From positions 1 to 64,000 of the forward strand of contig JAGVXK010000021.1 in NCBI GenBank assembly GCA_018303825.1: DNA of 64,000 nt, read 5' to 3'. Of the stretch, positions 18,883 to 28,185 are shown in pieces. Made by a program: the position numbers and the translations under genes. The first letter of the stretch is position 1. Each line of letters starts with the position of its first letter. The notes beneath the pieces are model-generated. The model searched no databases, was not told the DNA's origin, and saw only the letters and a list, made by a program, of their open reading frames with translations. The DNA is from Candidatus Pacearchaeota archaeon (GTDB taxonomy: Archaea; Nanobdellota; Nanobdellia; Pacearchaeales; GW2011-AR1).

Positions 18883-20355
18883 GTGAATATTATGCCAGAA
18901 GTTCTTAAAATCCCCAGATGCATGAGCACACAGCATCCTGATAATGTTACAATCCCTTTTTTTGCTGAAAACACTGAACTTGGGGGAGAGGACGAAATAC
19001 AGGAAGCGTATTACGCTTTCTCCATTCTAGGATGCGATGAGCAGATGTGGGACTGCGAAGGAAAAGAAATAGATAATTTCGTAGTTAAAAAATTATTAAC
19101 AAAATATGAACCATTTTTTAGGGAAAGAATTCTTGGAAAAGATGTTTTTTTAACATTAAGAGTTCCAAATCCAACTATTGAAAAGTCAGAGGCAAAGATA
19201 CTTCTTGAAACATTGGAAAGCATCCCAAGGTCATTCGACGCAGCAAAATTATTCTATAGAAAAGATATAGCCCCCATATTTGAAGTCATATTGCCTATGA
19301 CTGCCTCATCAAAATGCATTAACAGGGTGTATGGCTATTATTCAGATTTTGTTGTCGGAAAACAAAATGCTCTCTTTAAGGATGGGGTCACAATAGCTGA
19401 CTGGATAGGTGAGTTTAAGCCTGAAAAAATCAATGTCATACCCCTATTTGAAGATATGCCCCATATGCTCAATGCAGATAAAATTGTAAGAGAATATCTG
19501 AAAGATAAAAATTTGAAATATCAAAGAGTTTTTCTGGCTAGATCGGATCCAGCGATGAATTACGGATTGATTAGCGCCGTGCTACTGAATAAAATAGCAT
19601 TACATAGATTGCATGACGCGGAAAATGATATAGGAATCAGGATTTTTCCCATAATCGGTGTTGGCTCCGCTCCATTTAGGGGAAATCTTAATCCGAAAAA
19701 TATAGAAAATGTTCTGGGAGAATATCCATACACCCACACATTTACCATTCAGTCTGCATTCAAATACGATTACTCTCCAAACGACGTCAGAAAAGCTATG
19801 GAAAATATTCAATTGGCACAAATAATTGAACAAGAGGGAATAGATGAAGAAAAATCACTTGATATCATAGAAAGATATTCACAAGAATATCAGAAACAGG
19901 TAATTTATTTAGCAGATATTATAAATAAAGTTGCCAGATATGTTCCAAGCAGAAGAAAAAGAAAGCTGCACATTGGATTGTTTGGCTATTCAAGAGAAGT
20001 GGAAAAAGTGAAGCTACCCAGGGCGATAACATTTACAGCAGCGCTTTATTCCCTTGGTTTGCCTCCGGAACTGATTGGATTAAATGCCTTATCTGGCTCT
20101 GATTTTGACTTTTTAAGAAAAAATTACAACAGTTTTGATTCTGACATTAGAGATGCATTATCCTATTACAATCCAAATTCATTGAAATTTCTGGGTCTTT
20201 CAGAAGACATGATAAAAATTCCAGTCAAATGCGAAACCAATCAAAGCCATAAAGAATTGACAGATATTATTATCGATTCTTTGGAGAAAAATAATGTTGA
20301 AATACTCGACGAGAATATACTAAGAGCGGCTCATATAAGAAAATTCCTCGGATAA
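18883..20355 (+). CDS. ppcA: Archaeal-type phosphoenolpyruvate carboxylase
   Basis: IPRCMSTQHPDN, MWDCEGKE, RVFLARSDPAMNYG, IIGVGSAPFRG, LPRAITFTAALYSLGLPPE. Confidence 0.95.
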   Translation: MNIMPEVLKIPRCMSTQHPDNVTIPFFAENTELGGEDEIQEAYYAFSILGCDEQMWDCEGKEIDNFVVKKLLTKYEPFFRERILGKDVFLTLRVPNPTIEKSEAKILLETLESIPRSFDAAKLFYRKDIAPIFEVILPMTASSKCINRVYGYYSDFVVGKQNALFKDGVTIADWIGEFKPEKINVIPLFEDMPHMLNADKIVREYLKDKNLKYQRVFLARSDPAMNYGLISAVLLNKIALHRLHDAENDIGIRIFPIIGVGSAPFRGNLNPKNIENVLGEYPYTHTFTIQSAFKYDYSPNDVRKAMENIQLAQIIEQEGIDEEKSLDIIERYSQEYQKQVIYLADIINKVARYVPSRRKRKLHIGLFGYSREVEKVKLPRAITFTAALYSLGLPPELIGLNALSGSDFDFLRKNYNSFDSDIRDALSYYNPNSLKFLGLSEDMIKIPVKCETNQSHKELTDIIIDSLEKNNVEILDENILRAAHIRKFLG

Positions 20356-20365
20356 GAACAACTAG

Positions 20366-20387
20366 ATTTTATATTTTATTTATTCTT
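20366..20387 (+). repeat. 22-nt direct repeat, copy 2
   Basis: Identical to 18717-18738. Confidence 0.7.
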
Positions 20388-20547
20388 TTTCATTCTTTTT
20401 GAATAAAATTGCCCCATTTTAACACCGATAAAAAATATGAAAATTCCCAGGACCATAAGGAATAAACCACTATAAAGATTGGTCATGTCATGCATTAATA
20501 AGCTTGCCAAAGAAGGGTTAAAAATGTTATGTAATTGATTTAACTAA

Positions 20548-20942
20548 TCATACGGACTTCTCTTCCCAATTCAAGCCCGCACAATACGCAATTGTACATT
20601 TCACCAGCGCTGCCACATAAGGGTCCAATGTCATCATAATTGGACTTTGATACCCTCTCAAGAACAAACCCACAATTAGTACAATATAAGCATCGGTGAC
20701 CCTATTACCAATAACCACAAAGTAGGTAGATAAGCTTCTACCCTCCTCACCTGTCGATTCAGATATATCTCCAAGTTTTCTTATCTTAGCTTTGGGGTTT
20801 TGCTCTTCGAATTCTTTCATAGAAGCAAATGCAACCTTTTTTTCCCTTGCTACTCTTTTTATCTCTGCTAATCTTCTTGCATAAATACCTGCTTTTCAGT
20901 AGCAAGTTGTCTTAAAAGTGGGCAGTCGATTACCCTATCCAT
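20548..20942 (-). pseudogene. Hypothetical gene with a probable 1-nt frameshift near 20895
   Basis: ATG 20942 reads MDRVIDCPLLRQLATEK; one extra A in the gaaaag run would join it to AGIYARRLAEIKRVAREKK and the 90-aa ORF 20548-20820. Confidence 0.35.
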
Positions 20943-20986
20943 CTTTCGGGGCAGAGTTCTCTATTTAAATAGATTATGTCAGTAGA

Positions 20987-22204
20987 TTATACAATTTCTC
21001 CATAGCCAATTAATCTCCAATGGCCGTTCATGTTCCTTGCTATCCCTAAACTATCTCCTTTAAATGGAATGACTGGAATTTTCAATGAAAATTCAATCGT
21101 ATCATTCTTTATGTGCTTTACAACTCCTGAAGACATCGTCGTATTTATTGAAAGCATCAAGAGTTCAGAAGCTTTTACAGGTTCTACTTTTATATGAGCT
21201 CCAAGACCATAAACTTCAGGGAAGAGTTTATATTTTACATTTAAACTAAGAGCAATATCTGGAAGTTTCCCAACAGTGGAGGTCACGCATCCTGCAAGAG
21301 AATCAGATTTTCCTATACTCATATCAAGCTCCGTTTCAATGCTCATGCTCCCTCCAGGAGTTAGCTCATTCATTTCCCTTGTCCCATTCAGCAACCTTAC
21401 TATTTTTGTCCTCAAATTTTTGTATTTGTATTGATTTGCCTCTTTGACCAAAAGTCCTGGTTTTATTTCTATTTCATCTCCAACTTTTAGTTTTCCCTGT
21501 TTTAATGTCCCTCCAAGAACTGTTCCATGTAATTTTTCTGGTGAGGTTCCTGGACGATTAATATCAAAACTTCTGGCAACCAAGAATATCGGATTTCCGG
21601 AAAGATTTCTGTCAGGAACTTTTATTTCGGCGATTGCCTTGTATATTTTATCCAGATTAATTCTTTGCTGTGCGCTAACAGGAATTATCGGTGCGTTGTC
21701 AAATCTTCCCTTCAAAAGGGATTTTATTTCTTGGAAGTTTTTCTTTGCCTGGGCAATGTCAACAAGGTCTATTTTGTTTTGGACAACTATTAAATTTTTG
21801 ATATCCTTTGCCTGCAAGGCCATAAGATGCTCTATTGTCTGGGGTTTTATCCCCTCGTTTGCCGCAACAACTAAAATTGCGACATCAATTATGGCAGCGC
21901 CAGAAAGCATGGTAGCCATCAACATTTCATGTCCGGGAGCATCAACAAAAGAAACATGCCTTATTGGGGTTCCTTTCTCTTTATTGTAATTTTCTCCGTC
22001 TTTGTAAAGAATAATGTCTGCATAACCCAGCTTTATTGTAATCCCCCTCTTCAGTTCTTCGCTATGAAGAGAGGCCCATTTTCCGGAAAGCCTTTCAAGA
22101 AGAGTTGTTTTCCCGTGGTCTATATGACCAACTATTCCAATGTTTACCGTCGGTATCTCTTCAATCTTGCCGGTTTGTTTTTCACTTATTGCTTTCTTTG
22201 CCAT
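20987..22204 (-). CDS. eif2g: Translation initiation factor aIF2 gamma subunit
   Basis: NIGIVGHIDHGKTT, HSEELKRGITIKLGY, FVDAPGHE, QNKID, WRLIGYG. Confidence 0.95.
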   Translation of the reverse strand: MAKKAISEKQTGKIEEIPTVNIGIVGHIDHGKTTLLERLSGKWASLHSEELKRGITIKLGYADIILYKDGENYNKEKGTPIRHVSFVDAPGHEMLMATMLSGAAIIDVAILVVAANEGIKPQTIEHLMALQAKDIKNLIVVQNKIDLVDIAQAKKNFQEIKSLLKGRFDNAPIIPVSAQQRINLDKIYKAIAEIKVPDRNLSGNPIFLVARSFDINRPGTSPEKLHGTVLGGTLKQGKLKVGDEIEIKPGLLVKEANQYKYKNLRTKIVRLLNGTREMNELTPGGSMSIETELDMSIGKSDSLAGCVTSTVGKLPDIALSLNVKYKLFPEVYGLGAHIKVEPVKASELLMLSINTTMSSGVVKHIKNDTIEFSLKIPVIPFKGDSLGIARNMNGHWRLIGYGEIV

Positions 22205-22238
22205 ATCATTATGTTATCCATTCAAAAGTCTAGAAAAG

Positions 22239-22757
22239 CTATTTTAAAAGCCTATTGTTTTTTATTAACTTAAGATTTAAGATGTTGTTAAAATATGCCA
22301 GATTGTTGGCAACAAGTCTTATAGATTCTGCTCCAAAGTCAAAATACATTGATGCACTGCCTTGGTCCATGCCTCTTCTCATTAGCTGTCCGGAAACAAA
22401 TGGTTTTGCCAAAGCTAAAATAGCACCTAGTCCAATAACAGTTCCAAGCTTTGCCTGGTCTTTAAAAAATCTGGAAGCATCAAATCCCTTGTACCTGGTA
22501 TAACAATCGTAAATATAAACTGGGGCAAAAATTAATCCTCCCCCTATATAATTTCCCACCAACTGACAAGTTCCAATCAATTCAGGATTAGCTGCCTCAT
22601 CAGCATTAGCAAGATATTTCAGGGCCATTTTTCCAGCTAAAACTCCGCCATATATGGAAGCTGCAAAAGCCGGAACTCCTGCTAAGGGAACTCTGAAATC
22701 TTTTAATTTTATTGCTTTTAATTTATCCTCTATGTTTATTTTATCAACTAGACTCAT
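22239..22757 (-). CDS. Hypothetical membrane protein
   Basis: 172 aa with several hydrophobic segments. Confidence 0.55.
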   Translation of the reverse strand: MSLVDKINIEDKLKAIKLKDFRVPLAGVPAFAASIYGGVLAGKMALKYLANADEAANPELIGTCQLVGNYIGGGLIFAPVYIYDCYTRYKGFDASRFFKDQAKLGTVIGLGAILALAKPFVSGQLMRRGMDQGSASMYFDFGAESIRLVANNLAYFNNILNLKLIKNNRLLK

Positions 22758-22779
22758 ATTAGAAATAGCTCCTGTTTAA

Positions 22780-23205
22780 TCAAGCAGCTAGAGCGGGCTG
22801 TACTACAGCATTAGTTTTCTTCTCTTTTGGTTTGTTTTGTTCTGGAAATATTTCAATTAGGGGTTTGCTTCCTTGCTTTATAACTTTTAAATTAATCAAA
22901 GAAGTCGCTGTCGAAATAGTTTTTCCCCTTACTGTTTTCTTCCTTCTGACTCCTTCTGTGTTATCTTTCATTCCCCATCCTTTTTTTAACATTACTTTTC
23001 TTAAGTTTAATCCTGGGAGTTCATTATATAATGGAAATCCGGCGCTATCACTTCCGCCAGTTATCTCTAATTCGTATCCTTCCAATTCGGGCTTTATTTC
23101 CTTTCCTTGGATTTTATCTCCGAGATTCTTTCCAACAAAGAATTCTGATTCAGTCTCCAGTTTCCATGCCTTTCCCTTATCACTTATATTTAATTTGAAT
23201 ACCAT
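22780..23205 (-). CDS. rps6e: 30S ribosomal protein S6e
   Basis: FKLNISD, LEITGGSDSAGFP, RRKKTVRG. Confidence 0.93.
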   Translation of the reverse strand: MVFKLNISDKGKAWKLETESEFFVGKNLGDKIQGKEIKPELEGYELEITGGSDSAGFPLYNELPGLNLRKVMLKKGWGMKDNTEGVRRKKTVRGKTISTATSLINLKVIKQGSKPLIEIFPEQNKPKEKKTNAVVQPALAA

Positions 23206-23370
23206 TTCTTTGAGAGAAAAAATAGGTTTTTAAGTGTTGTGCTTCCTGCTCCCTAGGATTTAGAAAGTCCCTGTAAGATTTATTATTTAGGTTAGGCGGT
23301 ATCAAATCTCATGAACCTACACAAATCAATCTTTAATTAGGTTTAAATACCTTAAAAAATTTTAATAAAT

Positions 23371-24090
23371 ATGAACGAGAATCCTGATGTAAAACAGGCA
23401 AATAAAACTCTATACATTGCTTTGGCAGTAATAGTCATATTAATCATTGGTTTGTTCACAAATGGCTTTGGACTATTTGGCAAAAGTTCTAACAGTGTAA
23501 CAGTTATTCCTAATCCTCAATTAGAAATAGGAAATTCTCCCGTTCTTGGAAACCCTGATGCAAAAGTAACAATTTATGAATTCTCAGATTTTTCTTGCCC
23601 ATTTTGTGCAGCAGCAGATGGAGAGAATCAACAGTATATGAACTCATTAAAATCGCAGGTTAAAGGATGGGAGCCACCAGTTCCGAATATAATAGAAGAA
23701 TATGCAAAAACAGGAAAAGCAAAGATTGTCTTTAAATACCTTAAAACACACGGCACAGGACAAGCAGCTCACGTTGTTGCCAGTGGATTAAAAAAACAAA
23801 GTGATACATTATTCTGGCAATTCCATGAACTTGCATTCGCAAACCAGGCTGATACGGGAGATATAATAAAAATGAAAGCTCTTGCACAGCAGTTGGGGGC
23901 AAACATAACACAATTGGATGAATATATTGCATCTGGAGCTTTCAATTCTGAATTCGAAAATGATAAAAATATGGCAATCGCAAATGGAGTCCAGGGAACT
24001 CCTTCGTTTATAATAGGAAATATCTTAGTTGATAAACCTATAGCTTATTCAGAATTCAAGAAGATAATTGATGACCAATTAACAAAATAA
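23371..24090 (+). CDS. Membrane-anchored DsbA-like thioredoxin-fold protein
   Basis: N-terminal TM, EFSDFSCPFC, GVQGTPSFIIG. Confidence 0.88.
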   Translation: MNENPDVKQANKTLYIALAVIVILIIGLFTNGFGLFGKSSNSVTVIPNPQLEIGNSPVLGNPDAKVTIYEFSDFSCPFCAAADGENQQYMNSLKSQVKGWEPPVPNIIEEYAKTGKAKIVFKYLKTHGTGQAAHVVASGLKKQSDTLFWQFHELAFANQADTGDIIKMKALAQQLGANITQLDEYIASGAFNSEFENDKNMAIANGVQGTPSFIIGNILVDKPIAYSEFKKIIDDQLTK

Positions 24091-24094
24091 AAAA

Positions 24095-24385
24095 CTAATG
24101 TTGCTCTAACTCTTCTTCTTGCATATACTGGCGAGCCTGATGTTTAAGGGCTTGATAGACAAGAATCATATCTGAAAATGTTCCAGCCCTTTGTTCCGGA
24201 GGATGTGATTCAGCAAGTGAAGCAATACAATCAGCCATTTTACGATTCTCACGAACAATTTCTTCCATTCATGCACGAGATTGAGATAAATCAGTTGAAA
24301 GCATATGTCTGCCCATTAAGCTAATTGTTTGTCCAGTAATCACTGGCAGGCCATCTTCTGTGTACTTTTGATTATTTCTTTCCAT
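24095..24385 (-). pseudogene. Hypothetical gene interrupted by an in-frame TGA at 24269-24271
   Basis: MERNNQKYTEDGLPVITGQTISLMGRHMLSTDLSQSRA*MEEIVRENRKMADCIASLAESHPPEQRAGTFSDMILVYQALKHQARQYMQEEELEQH; both parts are in the same frame. Confidence 0.5.
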
Positions 24386-24726
24386 TCTTCTTTCAAAAAT
24401 ACCGCATTTATAAATCTTCCCATTTATAACCACTATTAAGTTACATTAAAATTTAAGTCCGGCATGATAATAAATTCTTAAAAGAAACGTGATTCTTGTC
24501 TTTTAAAGAACCTTTTTTCAAGTTTTCCACATATATCTGAAAATGTTCCTTCTGTCGGACCTTCTACAATAATCCCCACTGGGGCGCCATCCCTCCAATC
24601 GCCACTTGCATCATATTTGATTACTACATCCTCAAATAGATAAATATTGTGCTATATTATATTTCAGGATACAACACATGATTGCTGAATAGCAAAGTTT
24701 AAATAATCTGTTGTTACTTTAAAATT

Positions 24727-25320
24727 ATGAAAAAATCCCTTATTTTAATGGGCCTGGCACTATCATTTCTAATCCTAGCGGTCACTATGACATCAGCTTA
24801 TACTAACTATCCAACTTACTACTCAAATAATTACAATAACTACTATTCGAACACATATCCTACTTACTCGCAATCTGCAAGTGCCAATTCGGGCTCAAAC
24901 TCCCAATACTTTAATTTTGGCCCTATAACAAGCAGGAATACGTATTATGATTCAAAGTTTGCAAGCTCAAACTTTGACTCAACAGACTATGCCCTAGCCT
25001 ATCAAGGTCCAATGGCATCAAGAGCAATAACTTATGATTCTTATTTAAAGATAAAACCTTCTGGAAAAGTAATACAGACTGTATCTTATGCTGATAAATC
25101 AAACTTTGTTGGGGAAATAGCTTTAGAAACAGCTAACTCGCGAAATAGAAGAACCTCAGCTTCAGAAACGATAAAAACATCAACTGATAATTCCTGGAAG
25201 GGCTACACTTGGAGCAACAAAGAAGCATTTGACAACAGCAAATATTCGCAGAATTCTGGCTGGGATAATTACTATTATCGACCTGTTTTCTCAAACGGTT
25301 ATTACAACTGGGACTGGTAA
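24727..25320 (+). CDS. Secreted Tyr/Asn/Ser-rich protein
   Basis: Signal peptide MKKSLILMGLALSFLILAVTMTSA followed by low-complexity Y/N/S sequence. Confidence 0.7.
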   Translation: MKKSLILMGLALSFLILAVTMTSAYTNYPTYYSNNYNNYYSNTYPTYSQSASANSGSNSQYFNFGPITSRNTYYDSKFASSNFDSTDYALAYQGPMASRAITYDSYLKIKPSGKVIQTVSYADKSNFVGEIALETANSRNRRTSASETIKTSTDNSWKGYTWSNKEAFDNSKYSQNSGWDNYYYRPVFSNGYYNWDW

Positions 25321-25452
25321 AAAATAGTTGGCACGTTAAGAAAGCCCCTCGTGTCTTGAATATTTGTTCGTGAATCTCTCTTCGAGTGGAATTGACGGCT
25401 ATTTTAAGTTTGGATTTATGATTTGCGGTGGTGGGAAGGTGCGCTTTGTGCA

Positions 25453-25842
25453 TCAAATAGCTACTAATATACTCTCTTTTGCTCTGCTAGTCTCATCTGC
25501 AAATGGAACACCTCTCTTGTCATTATACCATCCATATGTTTCTACTTTAGCTCTTTGTTCTGCAAGTTTCTTTGCAATATCATGTGTTCTTTGCTCCACA
25601 TTTTCACATTCATCGACTATTCCAATAACGCCATGCACATGTTCAATTCTAACTTGCGCTCTATTTTCAAGTAACAAAATAACATATTTGCCATCAATTG
25701 GTTTTTCTGGAGTAGCAACTACTATCGTATTCCATACGTCATCTCTTAAAGGGTTAAAAAATTTAAAAGCAGATATATATTTATAGCCATCATTCCGTTC
25801 TGGTTTCCTTTCCTGCAAAACAATCCTTGGTCCGCTACCCAT
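25453..25842 (-). CDS. Hypothetical protein
   Basis: 129-aa ORF with normal composition. Confidence 0.55.
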   Translation of the reverse strand: MGSGPRIVLQERKPERNDGYKYISAFKFFNPLRDDVWNTIVVATPEKPIDGKYVILLLENRAQVRIEHVHGVIGIVDECENVEQRTHDIAKKLAEQRAKVETYGWYNDKRGVPFADETSRAKESILVAI

Positions 25843-25929
25843 CTTTAAACAATATTCATCGCCCTTTTAATTATTTCTATATTGTAAAATATGTTAGCGC
25901 ACCTTCCCATTTCTTATTCATCAATTATT

Positions 25930-26177
25930 TCGCGAAGCGACTATTTAGGGGCGGGTGGTCGGGGGAATGCAAATCATAAATCCGTTTAATATTTCCGTCA
26001 ATTACGTTTAAGCGAGATTAAACTGTCTGCTTTCTGATTTGGGAAAGGGCTTAAGCGTAACGAGAAGAGAGATTGAGAATTATTTTCATTCTGAAAATAA
26101 CTTCCTATTTAATTTATAATATTAAGAAGCAAATTTCAAGTTCATTTAATCGTTCAGGCTAAAAGAACTTTCAACCA
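25930..26177 (+). repeat. Structured repeat element, copy 1, left half
   Basis: tcgc-gaa-gcga hairpin; caattacgtttaagc...gcttaagcgta arm; 28-nt taatcgttcaggctaaaagaactttcaa identical to 30509-30536. Confidence 0.8.
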
Positions 26178-26236
26178 AAAGAAGACAAATCCGAAAAATA
26201 TATATACCATGATTTATCACTATATTCAATTAACTC

Positions 26237-26260
26237 CATGAGATCTGTAAGGATCTCATG
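26237..26260 (+). promoter_or_regulatory. Inverted repeat/hairpin in the NYN leader
   Basis: catgagatc-tgtaag-gatctcatg, ending 8 nt before the ATG. Confidence 0.5.
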
Positions 26261-26268
26261 TTTTTTAT

Positions 26269-26817
26269 ATGAATTCCAAAAAAGAGAAGGTTGCGATTTA
26301 CATCGATGGTAGTAATTTATATTTCTCAATAAAAGATACATTCAATTGTAAAATTGACTTAGAAAAATTCTGTAAAAAATTAGTGAATGATGATGATTTA
26401 GCGAAGATTAATTATTATATTGCTCCTGTTGAGCAATTAGAAAATCCTAAAGCATACGCTCAACAGCAATCATTCTTTGAAAAATTAAGGAAAATTGATA
26501 AACTAAATCTAATTTTTGGCAGGCTAGAAAAGAGAAAGAAAGATGGAGAAATATACCATGTAGAAAAAGCAACAGATGTAAATCTTGCCCTTGATTTGGC
26601 TTTAGATGCACAAAAAGGGGAATATGATAAGGCTCTTCTTATCTCAAATGATGGTGACTTTTCTGGAGCGGTAACTGCCGCAGTCAGTTTCAAAAGAAAA
26701 GTCATTTATATTGCCATAGGCACCAACAAATCTATATCTTATCATTTGAAGAAAGTGGCATCTGCAACCTTTCGAATTAATAAGGAATTCATTGATGAAT
26801 GTAAATTGGATGAGTAG
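26269..26817 (+). CDS. NYN-domain (LabA/DUF88, PIN-like) ribonuclease
   Basis: VAIYIDGSNLY, EKATDVNLALD, LISNDGDFSGAV; all acidic catalytic residues are present. Confidence 0.9.
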   Translation: MNSKKEKVAIYIDGSNLYFSIKDTFNCKIDLEKFCKKLVNDDDLAKINYYIAPVEQLENPKAYAQQQSFFEKLRKIDKLNLIFGRLEKRKKDGEIYHVEKATDVNLALDLALDAQKGEYDKALLISNDGDFSGAVTAAVSFKRKVIYIAIGTNKSISYHLKKVASATFRINKEFIDECKLDE

Positions 26818-26837
26818 AGTTTTCGGCTATTAGTATA

Positions 26838-27120
26838 TGGTGAAAGTTGGGTTAAATCTCGTTTCGAACTAAGAGAACAATTATGGAATAATTGAGAGAT
26901 TTACCTTTTAGCAGAGATTAGGCGAGTCTGAAAGACCTCGAGCTACGAACTAAGAGTCTCGAGTTAGCTAAACCTCACAAGAATGGGCTCTTTGCGTAAT
27001 TGCTGAGAATCTTATGTTCTTAGGGCATTTCATTTGTATCTGTCGGGGGCGCGTTTTTGCTTCTCGCAGAAAATCTCTGATTTTCTGAGCCATCAAGAAC
27101 TTTGTTCTTGAGGTTTTCTG
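26838..27120 (+). repeat. Structured repeat element, copy 1, right half
   Basis: tggtgaaagtt and cttttagc pair with the left half; gagattaggcgagtc is identical to 30635-30649; ctcgag hairpin; gtaattgctg; terminal hairpins. Confidence 0.8.
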
Positions 27121-27160
27121 AAAAAGAAGATTTTTTATATGTTGTTTATTATTAATATCT

Positions 27161-27478
27161 ATGACTTATGCAGTTTATACAACTGAGAGTTTTGATAAAG
27201 AGGTTGAGAAATTGTCTGGAGGAGACCGAGAGATAATTCAGAAAATGTTTTTTAAGATTAAAGACAATCCTTACGCCAGTAACCAATTAAGATACAAGAA
27301 TCTTAGAGAGAAGCGAATTAGAGAAAAAAGAGTTTATTTTCTAGTTTATGATGATTTGCGAGCAGTTCTTATTGTTGCTATAAGCGGTAAGAAAGACCAA
27401 CAAGCAACAATCAATCATATAATCAATTACTTTGATGATTATAAAGAATACTTGGAAAAATTGCTAGGAAAAGATTAA
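27161..27478 (+). CDS. RelE/ParE-family toxin
   Basis: YAVYTTESFDKEVEKL...IKDNPY...LREKRIREKRVYFLVY. Confidence 0.75.
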   Translation: MTYAVYTTESFDKEVEKLSGGDREIIQKMFFKIKDNPYASNQLRYKNLREKRIREKRVYFLVYDDLRAVLIVAISGKKDQQATINHIINYFDDYKEYLEKLLGKD

Positions 27479-27630
27479 GCAACCTGTCTTACTCTGCCAG
27501 CTTTAACATCTTCTAAACTTGCCTTGAACTGCCTTAATAAATCAAAGTCTATCTTTTCTAGCTCTCTGAGCATAGCTACTTGAGCCTTCATCTTCTCGTA
27601 TTCATCTTTTGGTACCTTTACCATTTCCAT
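27475..27630 (-). CDS. Small antitoxin-like protein (51 aa), convergent to the toxin
   Basis: Hand translation MEMVKVPKDEYEKMKAQVAMLRELEKIDFDLLRQFKASLEDVKAGRVRQVA; the SLEDxKAGR tail is typical of RelB-like antitoxins. Confidence 0.6.
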   Translation of the reverse strand: MEMVKVPKDEYEKMKAQVAMLRELEKIDFDLLRQFKASLEDVKAGRVRQVA

Positions 27631-27687
27631 AAATATTTCTAAGAATCAAAGTTTTTAAGCTTTCTGGAAGTCACTTTTGCCCCCTTG

Positions 27688-27825
27688 TTATTGGTTAATT
27701 ATCTCTATTTTGAGCTCTACTATCGTTCCCGGTTTTAGTCTCTCCTCTAACAATTTAGGCATGATTATTATAGCTTGTTTGCCGTGCTTGGCGATTTTCT
27801 TGATTATTGTGAATTGAGTTGTCAT
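27688..27825 (-). CDS. AbrB/SpoVT-like (DUF2080-like) small protein, 45 aa
   Basis: MTTQFTIIKKIAKHGKQAIIIMPKLLEERLKPGTIVELKIEIINQ, a swapped-hairpin pattern. Confidence 0.6.
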   Translation of the reverse strand: MTTQFTIIKKIAKHGKQAIIIMPKLLEERLKPGTIVELKIEIINQ

Positions 27826-28185
27826 CTTACTAATTTATAGATCTCATAAATAGATACTCCTAAAATTGCATATCTTATTGCAATATTCTTTGCAAAATCC
27901 CAGAAAGGATTACCTAAGGGCGAGCCTAAAAATAAAGTATTAAACTTTATTCCAATAATCTATATTTTCCCACGAGATATCGTAGACAATTGTTTAAAAA
28001 TTTACTAACTTATTCTGCGGTGAGCCCTAAACTATCTTGATCTGGCAATGCATCAGCATAGCAGTCATCTAACAATCTTTCATCAATTCTCTTCAAAGCC
28101 CTTCTTTCTCCAATAATTGGAATTGAATCTTTAACAAGTTCGACTAACGAAATCTTTTTGTTATTTGCCTTCTCTTTCATTTTTT

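Noticed and set aside
24269-24271. TGA recoding / alternative genetic code
   Set aside because: TGA terminates core genes (rpoB, rpoA) and long ORFs are intact under code 11.
24480-24650. Open frame on the - strand (FEDVVIKYDASGDWRDGAPVG...)
   Set aside because: No start codon before an in-frame stop; at best a gene remnant.
27830-28180. 54-aa ORF followed by a membrane-like fragment on the - strand
   Set aside because: The reading frames are broken and no family is recognisable; probably a decayed gene that cannot be delimited.
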